Source of the DNA: Felis catus
Lineage: Eukaryota
Direction: 5' to 3'
Length of the DNA stretch: 64,000 nucleotides
Assembly (NCBI RefSeq): GCF_018350175.1
Contig: NC_058378.1
Location: 6,572,001 to 6,636,000 of the forward strand
The translations under genes and the position numbers were made by a program. The notes under the pieces are model-generated. The model searched no databases. It saw nothing but the letters and a program-made list of their open reading frames with translations, and was not told the origin of the DNA. Position 1 is the stretch's first letter, and every line of letters starts with the position of its first letter. Below are positions 1 through 64,000 of this stretch, piece after piece.

Positions 1-371
1 TTTTTTTTTTGGCTATTCATGCTCTTTTGTGGTTTCACACAAATTTTAGAATGGCTTGCTCTAGTNNNNNNNNNNNNNNNNNNNNNNNNNNNNNNNNNNN
101 NNNNNNNNNNNNNNNNNNNNNNNNNNNNNNNNNNNNNNNNNNNNNNNNNNNNNNNNNNNNNNNNNNNNNNNNNNNNNNNNNNNNNNNNNNNNNNNNNNNN
201 NNNNNNNNNNNNNNNNNNNNNNNNNNNNNNNNNNNNNNNNNNNNNNNNNNNNNNNNNNNNNNNNNNNNNNNNNNNNNNNNNNNNNNNNNNNNNNGTGCAA
301 TTGCAAATGGGATTATTTTCTTAAATTTTCTTTCTACTGCTTCATTATTGGTGTATAAAAATGCAACGTAT
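1..371 (-). mobile_element. L1 ORF2 fragment, inverted relative to the adjacent L1 body
   Basis: Reverse complement reads as L1 ORF2 (gttgcatttttatacaccaataatgaa...; ctaaaatttgtgtgaaaccacaaaag); interrupted by an N gap. Confidence 0.75.
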
Positions 372-377
372 TGGCAA

Positions 378-1795
378 TAAGCTCTTTGACATCAGTCTTG
401 GCAATGATTTTTTGGATCTGAACCCAAACGTAAATGCACAAAAATGAGAATAAATATATGGAATTGCATCAAACTGCTCCTACACAGCAAAAGAAACTAT
501 GAAGAAAATGAAAGGGCAACATACTGAATGGGAGAAAATATTTACAAACCATATATCTGATGAAGGGTTAATAATCCAAGATATATAAACACTTATACAA
601 CTTATCAACAATAACAAAAACGAAAACAATTTAATTTAAAAATGGGTAGAGGAATCGAGNNNNNNNNNNNNNNNNNNNNNNNNNNNNNNNNNNNNNNNNN
701 NNNNNNNNNNNNNNNNNNNNNNNNNNNNNNNNNNNNNNNNNNNNNNNNNNNNNNNNNNNNNNNNNNNNNNNNNNNNNNNNNNNNNNNNNNNNNNNNNNNN
801 NNNNAGAGAGAAGGTGGTAACAAGGATGTGCAGAAAAGGGAATCCTTACACACTCATAGTGGGAATGTAAACTAGTGTGGCCACTATGGAAAACAGTATG
901 GAAGTTCCTCAACAAATCAAACATGGACCTACCGTGTGATCCAGCAATCATGCTTCTGAGTATATATCTAAAAGAAATGAAAACATGATATCACAAAGAT
1001 AGGTGACCTCTCATATTTATTCTTATTCACAACAGCCAAGATATGGAAGAATATTGAAGTGTCCATCAATGGATGAATGGATGAAAAGATGTGGTTTAAA
1101 TATACAATGGGATATTGTTCAACCATGAGAAAGAAGGAAATCCTGCCACTGACAACAACATGAATGGACCTGGAGGGCATTACGTGAAATAGGCCAGACA
1201 AAGACAAATACCACATGGTATCACTTCTACATGGAATCTTTTTTTTTTAATTTGTAATGTGTATTCATTTTTGAGAGACAGAGAGACAGGGTTCCAGTGG
1301 GGGGAGGGGCAGAGAGAGACACACACAGAATCTGAAGCAGGCTCCAGGCTCTGAGCCATAAGCACAGAACCCGACGTGGGGCTCAAACCCACGAACCAGG
1401 AGATCATGACCTGAGTCAAAGTTGGACACTTAACCGACTGAGCCACCTGGGCGCCCCAACATGGAGTCTTAAAAAAAAAAAAAGTCAAACACAGAAACAG
1501 GGAGTAGAATGGTGATTATAAGTTATACACAAGGTCTGAGGATCTAGTGAAAAACACGGTGACTATAGTTGATGGTACTGTGTGGCATAGTCGAAATTTG
1601 CTAAGAGTAGAACTTGTGTCCTCACCAAAAAAGAAAAAAAAAAGTACATACGTGAGGTGATGTGTGTTAATGAACTCAATGCTGGGAATCTTTTCAGAAT
1701 ATATACATACACCAAATCATCACGTTAGACATTTTTAATATATTACAAGTTTACTTGTCAATTATATCTCAATAAAGTTATCAAAAAAAAAAGAA
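378..1795 (+). mobile_element. L1 3' end (ORF2 C-terminus + 3'UTR + A-tail)
   Basis: Typical L1 3' motifs (gaatgggagaaaatattt, atcaatggatgaatggat, caataaag + A-tail); SINE inserted at 1238. Confidence 0.85.
1238..1457 (-). mobile_element. CanSINE (SINEC_Fc-type)
   Basis: tRNA-derived head, (CT)n, A-tail; TSD acatgga(a/g)tctt. Confidence 0.9.
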
Positions 1796-2298
1796 AACTA
1801 CTATTTTGTAACCCCTAAAGAAATAATGGATCTGATTAACAATGATTTTTGCCTGTGGAAACCCAAAGCTCAAAGGTTGACAGGGACTTTTATAATGAAT
1901 GGATCAGCCTGACGACTCCCGAAAGTCAGGTCAATCCTAACTTGAACGAGACACCCCGACATTACATATCTCCTGTTTTAGGAACTAGGAAATAAAGAGC
2001 CCACCCAAAAAAGTATTCTTGCCTAAAGAAAAAAAAATTCATTTGAATCTAGTCAAGCATTCAGAGCTCATGTTTCCAGGAAACCGTAAGGGTAGAGGAA
2101 TAAGCTAAAACACATCATAAAGATGCAAAAGGTCACAATGTAGGAAAATCTATTAGATACCATGGTTTCTTAAACAGCTTGAAAAAGTGGATGGTATGAA
2201 GAGAGATGTTATATATTAAGTGCGACTGAAGAGATTAATAAATGCTATGTGCAGAACTTGCTTGGGCCCTGATTAAACAAACCCACTATAAAAAGGGA

Positions 2299-2511
2299 TT
2301 TTTTTATTCTTTTTTATAATGTTTAGTTTTGAGGGAGAGAGAGCACGCAGGCAAGGGAGGGGCAGAGAGAGGGAGATAACAGAATCCAAAGCAGGCTCCA
2401 GGCTCTGAGCTGTCAGCATAGAGCCCGACACGGGGTTTGAACCCACAAACCATGAGATCATGACCTGAGCTGAAGTCTGCTGCTTAACTGACTGAGCCAC
2501 CCAGGCACCCC
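2299..2511 (-). mobile_element. CanSINE
   Basis: Full head/(CT)n/A-tail; degenerate TSD. Confidence 0.9.
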
Positions 2512-2871
2512 TAAAGAGGTATTTTTTAGACAGTCAGGAACATTTGACCACAGACTATTAGCTGAAATTAAGAGGTTATTGTCAACTTTGTTAAGATAGG
2601 AGAGTGACCTTCTGGTTAAGTAAATGAAAAAAATATATTTGTTGGAGAAATATGCTAAAATTTTATAAGGAAAATAGTCCAGCTCGACCCCAGTCCCACC
2701 CAGCAAAATGTGAAGGGAGAAATAAAACACAAAGAGCAAGCTGTTTATAATTTCTGAAGCCAAATGCTGAAATATATGGGCTATTAATGTACTATTCTCT
2801 GTATTTGTACATTTCAAATTTTCCATAATATTTTGTCCTAAGGTCTCAAAAAATTCAATGACAGTCTAACC

Positions 2872-3102
2872 TTTTTTTTAAAAATTTTTAATGTTTATTT
2901 ATTTTTTAGAGAGAGAGAGAGAGAGAGAGACAGTGCAAATGCGGGAAGGGGAGAGAGAGAGAGGGAAAGAAAGAACCCGAAGCAGGTTCCAGGCTCTGAG
3001 CTGTCAGCATAGAGTCTGATGCGGGGCCTGAACCCATGAACCGTGAGATCATGACCTGAGCCGAAGTCAGATGCTTAACCACCTGAGCCACCCAGGCGCC
3101 CC
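2872..3102 (-). mobile_element. CanSINE
   Basis: Full element; TSD atgacagtct. Confidence 0.9.
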
Positions 3103-4049
3103 TATGACAGTCTGAGCTTGTAATCATGACGGCATTCTCACGATGTTCCTACCATGGTGGAGATTATCAGACTCCTATGGGTGGGTTTCATGGCACCCAA
3201 CCAGGAGGAAACTTCCCAACGGGTCCCAGTTGATTTTATGTAAAACGTGGATATTGAGATACTACTTTGTTAAGTCCAAGAAAATAAGATCCCTCCAAAC
3301 ATGAGATTTCTCTTCAGTAATCTTCAAAGCATTCTCTCGTTTATAAAAGCATTTCTTAAAAGAGGAAATATTTACGTAAACGTTAAGTCAATTATTCACT
3401 GAGAATAAAAATTCACGGCTACTACTTTTTGCAACACCTCTCTAATACATGGTAAAGATCATCTTCTGCCTTGATTTAAAACTAGCACTGCCAAATTCCT
3501 AAAGTATGTTATGATTCCTTGCTAGCTTTGCCACCATGTAAACAGAATGATAGACGCTGTACTGACACGTCCTTCATTTGCTTCAGAGCTAATAACACTT
3601 GCATGATAAATTGGAGAGGGGAAAAAACCAATGTAGTTCAATAAGAAGTGAGAATAAACATGCGTGATTATATTTGTCCTGATTCTGTCATCTTATATAA
3701 TAGATATTCATGGTCTCATCCACAACCCATAAAAGATCAATTTCCAAAAATGTGGAATGTTTATTCTCCATCAAATTTTAGTTAGAGCTGCATCATAGCT
3801 GAGTCATTTGGCTTTTTATGATATGTAAATTAGTTTCAGAATTTACTATATAGTCTTTGATGGTGACGGTGACAGGTGACACTCGCAGGCAACCAATGAG
3901 AGATGAGACCAGTGGCCATAAAATGACCATATCGTCCCAAAGAGTAAAGAACAGACATAATGACTATGTCTTCCAAACTGGAAGGCACCCAAGGATCTCA
4001 TCTGACAGGTGTCTATAGGATGCAAACTAATCCATTGGCCAGTGCACTC

Positions 4050-4381
4050 GTCTCCTAGGACTGACATAACAAAACGCCAGGTGTTGGATGGTTTAAACAA
4101 CACTAATCTGTTGGCTCACTGTTCTGGAGGCTAGAAGTCCAAGATCAAAGTGTCAGCAGGTTGATTTGTTCTGAGGGCCGTGAGGGGGAATCTGCTTCAT
4201 GCCTCTCAACTGGATTCTGGCGGTTTACTTGCAATCTTCTGGGATTCCTTGGCTTGTAGACACAACACTCAAGTCTCTGCCTTCGCGTTCATGCTGCGTT
4301 CTCCTTGTGTGTATCCCTTTATGTGGCATATTTTTTTAAAGATACGCATTGTTTGGGGGGCCGTGATTCAACCCATAACAG
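4050..4381 (-). mobile_element. MLT1-like (ERVL-MaLR) LTR remnant
   Basis: ctcactgttctggaggctagaagtccaagatcaaagtgtcagcagg is a characteristic MLT1 motif. Confidence 0.7.
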
Positions 4382-7300
4382 AGAGTCAAAAAATAGAAAG
4401 AGGTCACCATACCATGTCCCCCAGGCCAGCCAGTAAAGATCTGCTTTCTGATCTTACACAAATATGTTGATATTTATCTTAGCCACAGAATAAAGTGTCT
4501 AAATCATAGCCTTTGTGGAGTCTATAATAAGTATAGTAGTTAGAATACAGGTTTCTGCTGTTCTAACAATGACATGAATAGTAAATATGAGGTGGGAATT
4601 TATTTCCCCCTCAATCATCTGAAATGAAGGAGTCAAAGGATGATTGATTTGACTATCAAGGACTATCAAGGACCCAATGTCTTTTATAAGATTGCCATCT
4701 TTGACATGGAGCTTCAGTCTGTGGGCTCAAGGTGGCTGCCCCAGCTCTGTCCACCATGTCTGTTACACAGCTGCTAGGAAGGGAACCAGACAAAGGAATG
4801 TATGACTGTCCCTTCTGAGTGCACAAATGGGGAAATAGGACATCTCACATCTCCCACCCCACCGAACAGAACTTAGATGGTTATTCCCAGCTGCCAGACA
4901 CAGTCCTAGGACACACCCAGCCTGCAAATGGAGTCCTGTCCCTGTGACCAATGCAAACTCTCACTATGGATGGGGGAGCAGATACGGAATGGCCACTGCC
5001 TTTGCCACATCCCATCAACCCTGTAGTACCCCCACTGTCTCCGGCACATGCCTTCTACCATTCTTAAGAAAGTGTTCACGCTCAAGTTTCAAAGCCTTAA
5101 CTCAATTCTTAACCATTTTAGCATCTCTACAACCTTTATATAATTGATCTTCTTGGAGTTCTCTCTTCCTACTCTCCTAATTCTTCTAATTCTTCTTCTT
5201 CTTAGTAACCGTCTTTTCTGGGCCTCCTTCCTTTGTCCCTTCCTAAAAGTAGGTGTTCCCCATGGACCTGTCATCCAGGCTTATTCTTGCCCTTTGCTCT
5301 CCTTCTTGTAACTCATCAAATTCCTTGATTTCTGCTATTGGACCGAAACGGGCACTTCCTGTATCTCTCTGTTTTGCCCTACTTCTCTGCAAAACCTGAG
5401 CTCCCCATTTCTCCCTGTGCACTAGACTTTGCCACCTGGATGTCTTGTCAAGTCTCAGCCATCCAAACCCAGATTTGCCTTCATGCCTCTCGAAATCTCT
5501 TCCTTTCGTTCCGGTACTTGTTTTTACTGTTACTGTCACCCAAAGTTTTAGGGTTCTAATTTTTTTAAACTCTCTTTGTCCCCCTCCCCGCCCCATCAAT
5601 CAGTAACTCAAGAGCATTTTGTGTGTAGAGTATTATACGCTCCCACCTTCTGACCCATTTCTGAAGTGGTTCTGGTTCTGACCTCCATTGCCTCTCAGTC
5701 TAGACCACTCTCATAGCCTCAGTTGTCACCCATTCCAATTCTTCCTACACTAATATTGGAGATGTCAAAAGATCGGGAAACGCATGATGTCTCTGGAGCA
5801 AGTTATGGATTCAGTTCACAATGGAGAAATTTTTTTATTTCCTACTCTCTTCCTGACATTTATATGCTTCATCTTACATAAAACTCAGTGACTGCTAAGT
5901 TAATTAACAGCTAAATAAATAAATTAAGCATATCCCATATGCCAGACACTCTGCCAACAACTTTACCTTATTCTAATTTCACAAACTAAAACTGTAAGTG
6001 CTTTTATTATTCTCATTGATAGAGTAAGAAGTTGAGATGCATTAAGAAACTGTGGCTTTAAGAAATTAATTTACTCAGGGCTGGACACTGAATAAATGGG
6101 AGAACCAAGATTTGAACCAACTAGTTTTCCTGCTAGTTTCCAATTAGCTTTCTCTCTTAGCCTTTAAATTATATGACCCCATATCAATCATACAAGGTTA
6201 TTATTGTTACACCATTTTATCAGCCAGGTGTGCTCAGTAACCCTCCCAAGGTCACAGACATAATTCAATCCAAGTTGACCAGATTGCAAAACCTAGATTC
6301 TTTCTTTCACTTTATACAACGTATGTCCCATGGTTAAAAGCTATCCCTCAGTCCTCATAAAATATTTTGAATCTGTGGACTTGAGGCCAAGAGAAACTGA
6401 TAAAAGAGTTGCAATAGGTCAGCACAACACCATCCACAGTTTCAGAAGGACATTCAAAGTGCATACTCTCCTCATTGTAGTGCCATCAAATTTATCTATA
6501 AAATCATCGTGTTAGTTTACTGAAATGCCATTTAAGAAAGTTGTGGGTCCATGTTGGACTTTTTTGCAAGGTTGTAATTGCTGAGATGTTAAGTTCTTAG
6601 GTTTGTTTAGCTTACCCTGGTCTTGTATTGAATAAGGAAGTGCCAATAAAACAGGCAATATGGTCAAGTCAATCTTTCCAGAAAGTGGGCTGGTAGACTT
6701 GTTCTCTTCTGCTAGTGTTAAGCCAATATCCCAGGTCTCTGGATTGCTCATTATCCTAAAACACAGCCAGAAAAAGGTCAACACAGCCTGGATCTCCGAT
6801 AACTTGAAGTTATGTACACAGAGGTACTTTGAAGTTTATGTGGGTGGGTCAGTTTTTTTAGTATTAATAAGTACTTAAAAGATGTAGGCTGGAACTCTGG
6901 ACTCCATCTAAAGGGAGAGAGTGGTCTTTGTTGGCTGTAATATCCCACTTCATAGGCACAAAAAAGCAAAAGGAAATCAAGATTTGGAAACATGAGATGG
7001 ACAGAAGCAAAAGAAATGTCAATAAATCCAATTCCAAGAAATACTTACAGACTATGAAGACAGAAGGGTGATGCCCAATGTCACTGGAGACTGGGAAAAT
7101 CAGTTGCCTTAGTTATAAAAGATGTGTTTTATTAGTTTAGCAAAAGGAAAATACATTCAAGCACATGCATATAATAAATGAAGGGTCTTAAGGGAGAAAA
7201 TGCTAATATGAACGTAAAACCAAATTGCTATTTATGAAGGTGAAGTTCAGTGCTACCTCTCTGGCCATTCCTCCCTTGCATGAGAACTACAGACGTGATT

Positions 7301-8249
7301 AGCTATTTGATATTCCCCTTACCTGAAATAGTCTAGTCATCCTGCATCCATGCATGGAAAGGAGCGTGCGCGCACACACACACACACACACACCCCATTA
7401 GCTTTCTTCTAGCTAATATCCTTTGGGTCTTAGCTTAGACATTTACTCCAGGAAACCTCCCGCATTCTCCCCAAGACCATATAAGGTCCCATCTCTAACA
7501 CCCTAAACTGCAGCCGTATGAGTCACTCTGTACAGAATCGCCTGTTTACTTGTCTGCTTCTTCCATTAAAAGTCTGAGTTCCTTGATGGCGAGAACTTGC
7601 TCTGCTTTGATCGTTACTGTATCACCAGGGGGTAGCACAATGCCCACAAAGTATACAGTCGCTCAGTGTGAACTTGCTGAATGAATGCATATATTTCACA
7701 ATGTAGAAAACAAGCCCTGTCACCATTAAGCCCCAGGGTGTGTTCTTTCCTAAAACAGATTTGCTATCAGAACTCGTCACCCTCTCTAGAGGCAGAAAAT
7801 GCCAAATATTCTCTTTCTCAGGCTCCCTTAAAGCTATGTGACACAATTCCAGACAAGGAAATGGAAAGGGAATTCTACTCGGGTTCCCACGAAATATTTT
7901 CCACCTTCCAAAAAGAGATTCCAAGAACTCTCCCCTTCCTTCTTGCTGTTGCACACAATGGCATGAAGACACAAGGTAGGTCTCTTTAGACTGAGGCGAC
8001 AGCCAAAAAATTAAAGTTAATAGGTTAAGAACAAAGAAAAAAAGCAGTGACATCATTGAGTGGTTGCACCAAACCTGAACTGGTCACCTTAAGACATTGC
8101 TATGTGCGACTGTCAATGTCTTTAGCGCTTGGACCCCTGTTGATCAGGAATATGCTGTTACAGCTGAACACATTCTAATTATGTAAGGAACATGCAAATT
8201 TTCCTCTGTGGCCTCATGTAAGGCATGATGTTCCAAAAGCCACTATAAA

Positions 8250-8263
8250 CCAGCAGGTGGCAT
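8250..8263 (+). promoter_or_regulatory. CTCF core-like motif CCAGCAGGTGGCAT
   Basis: Close match to the CTCF consensus CC(A/G)(C/G)(C/T)AG(G/A)(T/G)GGC; CCGGAAG ETS-like motif at 8271. Confidence 0.5.
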
Positions 8264-8385
8264 TGGGATACCGGAAGCAAAATCATTATTTGAAGAGCTA
8301 AAGGCATGAAAAGGATCATCTAATGACGAAATTGGTTGGCTAAAGATGAAACCCAGGCACCAATGTTAGAAAAGGGCGGTGTGTT

Positions 8386-8601
8386 GGGGCACCTGGGTGG
8401 CTCAGTCGGTTGAGCGTCCAACTTCGACTCAGGTCACGATCTTGTGGTCTGTGGGTTTGAGCCCCATGTCGGGCTCTGGGCTGATGGCTCAGAGCCTGGA
8501 GCCTGCTTCAAATTCTGTGTCTCCCTTTCTCTTTGCCCCTCCCCCATTCATGCTCTCTGTCTCAAAAATAAATAAATGTCACAAAAAAATTAAAAAAAAA
8601 A
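8386..8601 (+). mobile_element. CanSINE
   Basis: Full element; TSD aaaagggcggtgtgt. Confidence 0.9.
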
Positions 8602-8927
8602 GGGCGGTGTGTCTTCCTATGCTGGAGATGTACGAGGAGGCAACATGGAGAAACATATTCACAAATATAGTCATTCTTAGCATCTTCAGAATTAGCTCAT
8701 GAGACAATTTTACAGATAACTACCTGCCTAGGAAACTCTCGGTTGCCCTAGCACTAAAATATGTTCAACTGTATGTATTTTTCCAGCAATACATCTTTGG
8801 AGCGCAGGAACGGACGAAGTGGACCCTTTATGTTTGGGTGGTTACTTACAGAGACCATCCATATCACTTTCCAACCTGACCCACATGGAATCCAGCACCG
8901 TTCAGTCCATCTCTTAAAAACAACAAA

Positions 8928-9180
8928 GGGCACCTGGGTGGCTCAGTCGGTTGAGCGTCCGACTTCGGCTCAGGTCATGATCTCACGGCTCGTGAGTTGG
9001 AGCCCTGCGATGGTCATGAGTTTGAGCCCCGCATCGCATCAGGCTTTGTGCTGACAGCTCGGAGCCTGAAGCCTGCTTCTGATTCTGTGTCTCCCTCTCT
9101 CTCTGCCCCTCCCCCACCCACACTCTGTTTCTCTCTCTCAAAAATAATACACATTAAAAAAATGTTTTTAAAAAGAAAAA
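8928..9180 (+). mobile_element. CanSINE with internal duplication near the B-box
   Basis: Full element; tgagtt(g/t)gagccc segment occurs twice. Confidence 0.9.
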
Positions 9181-9230
9181 CAAGTGTTCCACTTCTCCAT
9201 AGACCATACATTCACAATTGTATTCAGTGA

Positions 9231-9236
9231 TTTATT
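9231..9236 (-). terminator. Candidate polyadenylation signal AATAAA
   Basis: tttatt on + strand; followed on the transcript strand by GU-rich tgtgaatgtatggtct and then a U-rich tract. Confidence 0.55.
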
Positions 9237-11378
9237 ATTAAGTCTTATATTGAATATTAGCAATTGATATAATACTCATCAAAAATTGTAGGGGGATCAG
9301 TCAGTGCTTTTTAAGGAAGTCACAGCATTCTTAAAACCAGAGAAGGCAGAATACAACAAACAAAATGCAGACACTTTGACATGAGACACAAAATCTTCTG
9401 CAGAAGCGTTCTCCCCCCCAAGCAGCCCCCTTTTCCCCATATTCGCCGCCAATTTCAGGGGCTTTCTCCCCATAGTCTGGCTCCAATGACACAGCCTGGA
9501 TCTAGGTTTGTATGTTAACAGATCACTGCCTCTTTTGTGGTGTTCTTTTACACACAAGTGAATAGCTATGGTTTCTACAGCGGCAGGATCTGGTCTTATT
9601 TTTACATACAAAATGCAGAAAATGGAATTGGATTGGAAGAGAGGGCAGCGGGCGTGCAGACAGGTTTCTGCAGGTTCTTTGGGGGCAGGAGTCCTGGTGG
9701 ACAGAGGGCTGGTGCAGAAGCATCAGTACGAGGCAATGCAGTGTCTGGCTTGGCACAGGTCCAAGTGAACGACAGGGACTCACAGGTCCACTGAGGAAAG
9801 TTGCAGTGGGAGGCATGGAGGTAGTGGGAAAAAATTCAGTACGCTTCTGAGTCATGAGAACAATTTTATCATCAGTTCTGATATAATTTATCTAAGGTCA
9901 ACTACTTTCAGAATTCCTTGCTCTTGGGAAGACTCTGAACTGTGATAGCAAACAGTGCGGGTCATTAGGAAAAATGATCGCTACCCTTTGGAATCCTGAT
10001 GAGCTAATTCTCCAGCCGTGAACTCTCATAGAACCAGAGCCCTGGGTCATCAAAAAGCATTCCGGGTTTGTTCCAATGCAATACGGCCTGTTGAGTCACA
10101 GCTAGATGAATGTCAGTCTCATCGTGATTAGCATCATTACTATTTTCAAGCCGTAGAGTTTGTTTTTGAAATTAAGGTTGATTTTTCCCTAAAATGCTAA
10201 AGCTCTGCCATTCATACAAAAGCATGATTTGGGTTTGGGAAATTTCCTTTGTAGCCTGGGAGCTAGCGCCAGTTAACTTGGATAATTTTAAATGGAATTG
10301 GTACTTTCAGGCAATCAATGTCAGATTGTCCTATCTCATTCTTCGGGACGTTGGACTGGGAGTTTCATAAGGCCCTCGAATTACTTTTGAAACAACTTTG
10401 TCCAAATTGTCTGGAGCCTCTTTCCCCCAAAATTCGAGCACCCAACACAGATTACACGTGAGATAGGACTTGAAGACGACTGCTTTTTAAATGCCTTCCA
10501 AAATTGATATCCTCAGTTGAGTATTTTCTTCTTCACAACAGTCCGCTTTTGACACTTATACATCATCTGAAATGTGATAACTAATTATCAAGGCCCAACA
10601 CTAGTACAATACTGGGCATGTAGGTGTTAATAAATACTGTGTGATTGAATGGGTCCACGAGTAAGTGAGCGATAAAAGAACAGATAAATGAATTTTAGGT
10701 CTTGCTCTTTGAGGACTGACTTCCAATCCACTAACACTTTTGTTTTAATATCTACACCAACGGCAAGTCTTGGGTTTTGGGGGTGAATTTGATTAGTGAA
10801 AACAGTCAAAATCACTTAGAACCAGTCTTGAGGAGAGGAGACACAATTCAGAGGGATAAGGGCACTTAGGGAAACACAGGGCGTGATCAAAATATTCTAA
10901 GTCTGACTTTCCTCTACTTGGCCTCTGGAGGCCAGAAATAATTTACCAATATCGACAACTCTGGACCAGGTACATCAAGTCCAGGGTAATCGCTTGGAGA
11001 GGCTATGCTAAATAGAGAAAAGCTGACATGCTCATTTCCACACCAATTGCCTCTAATTGGACTTATACGTTTGTGGTCGATGTTTATATACTATTTTTTT
11101 TAAAGTGTGATGGGGGGAGAGGTCCTGTAGCCTTTGTGCATCTTCAATCCATGAAACTTCATCATTCCCATCTGCAAAATGAAGACTCCAACTACAGGAG
11201 CTTTTTAAACTTTCCCAGCCTAACACTCAATAATTCTATAAATAAATACTTGAACCACTGTTCACACATCTTCAGCCACTCTTACTAGCTTTTCAGAGGC
11301 TTTATATCGAGGGGAACTGTCCCTTCAAACAGTTGCAAGGCCCCGAGGAAAATCATGTGTTAGGCTCTAGACCACCAG

Positions 11379-11379
<1 letters not shown>

Positions 11380-11420
<41 letters not shown>

Positions 11421-11433
11421 ACACACATACACA
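11380..11433. repeat. (CA)n microsatellite in the 3' UTR
   Basis: ~27 CA units with 2 interruptions. Confidence 0.95.
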
Positions 11434-11573
11434 CCTCTGTCCCATTCACAAGAAACTATCTGTCCTCAAACAGGGACAATTATAGAGGTCATCCCAATTG
11501 TTTACATTCGTGTGAAATCATTTTTATAAATTAGGGAGGACAGCCACGCGTTAAATTATTCGTCAACTTTTCA

Positions 11574-62819
<51,246 letters not shown>

Positions 62820-63310
62820 CTAGAAGGAAGAGAAAGTCAGGGCCCCTCTGCCTCACTGCCCTGCCACAAGAACCAAGCACAACCACGCAAAAAGAGACCA
62901 CGTAGGAAAGAAAAACACAATCCACAGGACACTGTGGCTCTGAGTGAGATGATAACATGTGTTTTCAAGAATAAAGCCAACATCATAAGAGAAGCTTTAC
63001 TCTTCTGTTACAAAAATGCAAAGGCAAAGTAGTTATCTGTTTGGCAGAAGCCATCCATAGGCCCACGGGCAAGGAAGGGGTTGGCATGGCTTGGGAATTC
63101 CGTTACCACACCGGAGACCTTTCAGGGTTTTCTGTTCTCTTCTCCTGCCGGAAGTATTACAGAAGGAAATAGTTCCCCTACCATCATCCCATATACCCAG
63201 GCGCGTCTAAAGACTGAAGGTTCCCTCACTTTGGTTGTTTGGTGTATGATGTTCTTTTCTTTATTTTTTTTTTTTCAGAAGAAAATGGTTTCTTTATGAT
63301 TCAATAATCT

Positions 63311-63529
63311 CTTTATTTTTTAGTTTATTTATTCTGAGAGAAAGAGAGAGAGAGAGAGAGCGAGAGCGCACAAGTGGGGGAGGGGCAGACAGATACAGGG
63401 AGAGAATCCCAAGCAGGCTCTGCATGTCATAGCAGAGCACACAGGGCTCGATCTCACAAACCACGAGATCATGACCTGAGCTGAAACCAGGAGTCAGACA
63501 TTGAACTGACTGAGCCGCCCAGGCACCCC
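63311..63529 (-). mobile_element. CanSINE
   Basis: Full element; degenerate TSD aa(t/g)aatct. Confidence 0.88.
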
Positions 63530-64000
63530 AAGAATCTATTTCTGAGGGTACCACACCCTGGATTTTACCTTGGTGACCATTCCTCAGCCAAGTCAGACCA
63601 AATCCACCTATCTCCCACTCCCCCTTCACACCATGTCATAAGACCCACCCGTAAAGTTATATCCTGGTCTTCAGAATGCTCTCTCTATCGCTCACTTTAC
63701 CCCTCATAGGAATGTTCATTCAGGGTTCTCATTCCAGAGCCACTTTTCAGAATAGACATCAGGGAACAATTCCTAGAATCTAAGGGTTATTTGGTAGGAG
63801 GGAGAAAATCTCATCAGACAACTTCACGTTCTAGCTTCCTAGAAAAAGGCTGATATGAGTGAATACAACCACCATCACAGCCAAGAGGTTGCAGACCAGC
63901 AGCCAATGGGCCACACCTGACCCACAGAAGCATTTCACTTGGCTTGCGTGGTGTTGGCCGACACTAGGTTTCCAGTTTTGACTAGAGTTGCCTGTATTTC

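Larger units (their letters stand above)
9210..11573 (-). other. ASAH2: Putative ASAH2 3' UTR (~2.4 kb)
   Basis: Mostly unique sequence from the stop codon to the first minus-strand AATAAA I found (9231-9236); end point inferred. Confidence 0.5.

Overview
Mammalian genomic DNA, almost certainly from a cat-family (Felidae/feliform) genome: about 35 tRNA-derived CanSINE (SINEC_Fc-type) copies and felid-type L1 3' ends, in a draft assembly with 4 N-gaps. One protein-coding gene is supported: ASAH2 (neutral ceramidase) on the minus strand. I reconstructed 18 coding exons (E1-E18 in transcript order, 62819 down to the TAA at 11574). They total 1983 nt = 660 codons + stop with consistent phases, matching residues ~121-780 of human ASAH2 as I recall it. 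The N-terminal exons and promoter lie beyond the right edge. The rest is intron and intergenic sequence filled with SINEs, L1, L2/MIR, MLT1/MER21 LTRs and hAT DNA-transposon remnants; essentially all other ORFs in the track are repeat-derived noise. I see no novel multi-gene system. The most unusual observations are: (1) a SINE-spacer-SINE block sharing one outer target-site duplication inside a MER119-like transposon, implying that foreign DNA was captured and inserted; (2) a non-canonical GC splice donor followed 17 nt later by AATAAA overlapping an in-frame stop; (3) a SINE-L1 chimera under one TSD; (4) several inverted SINE pairs that could form dsRNA around small exons. Repeat family names come from recognition, not from a database run.
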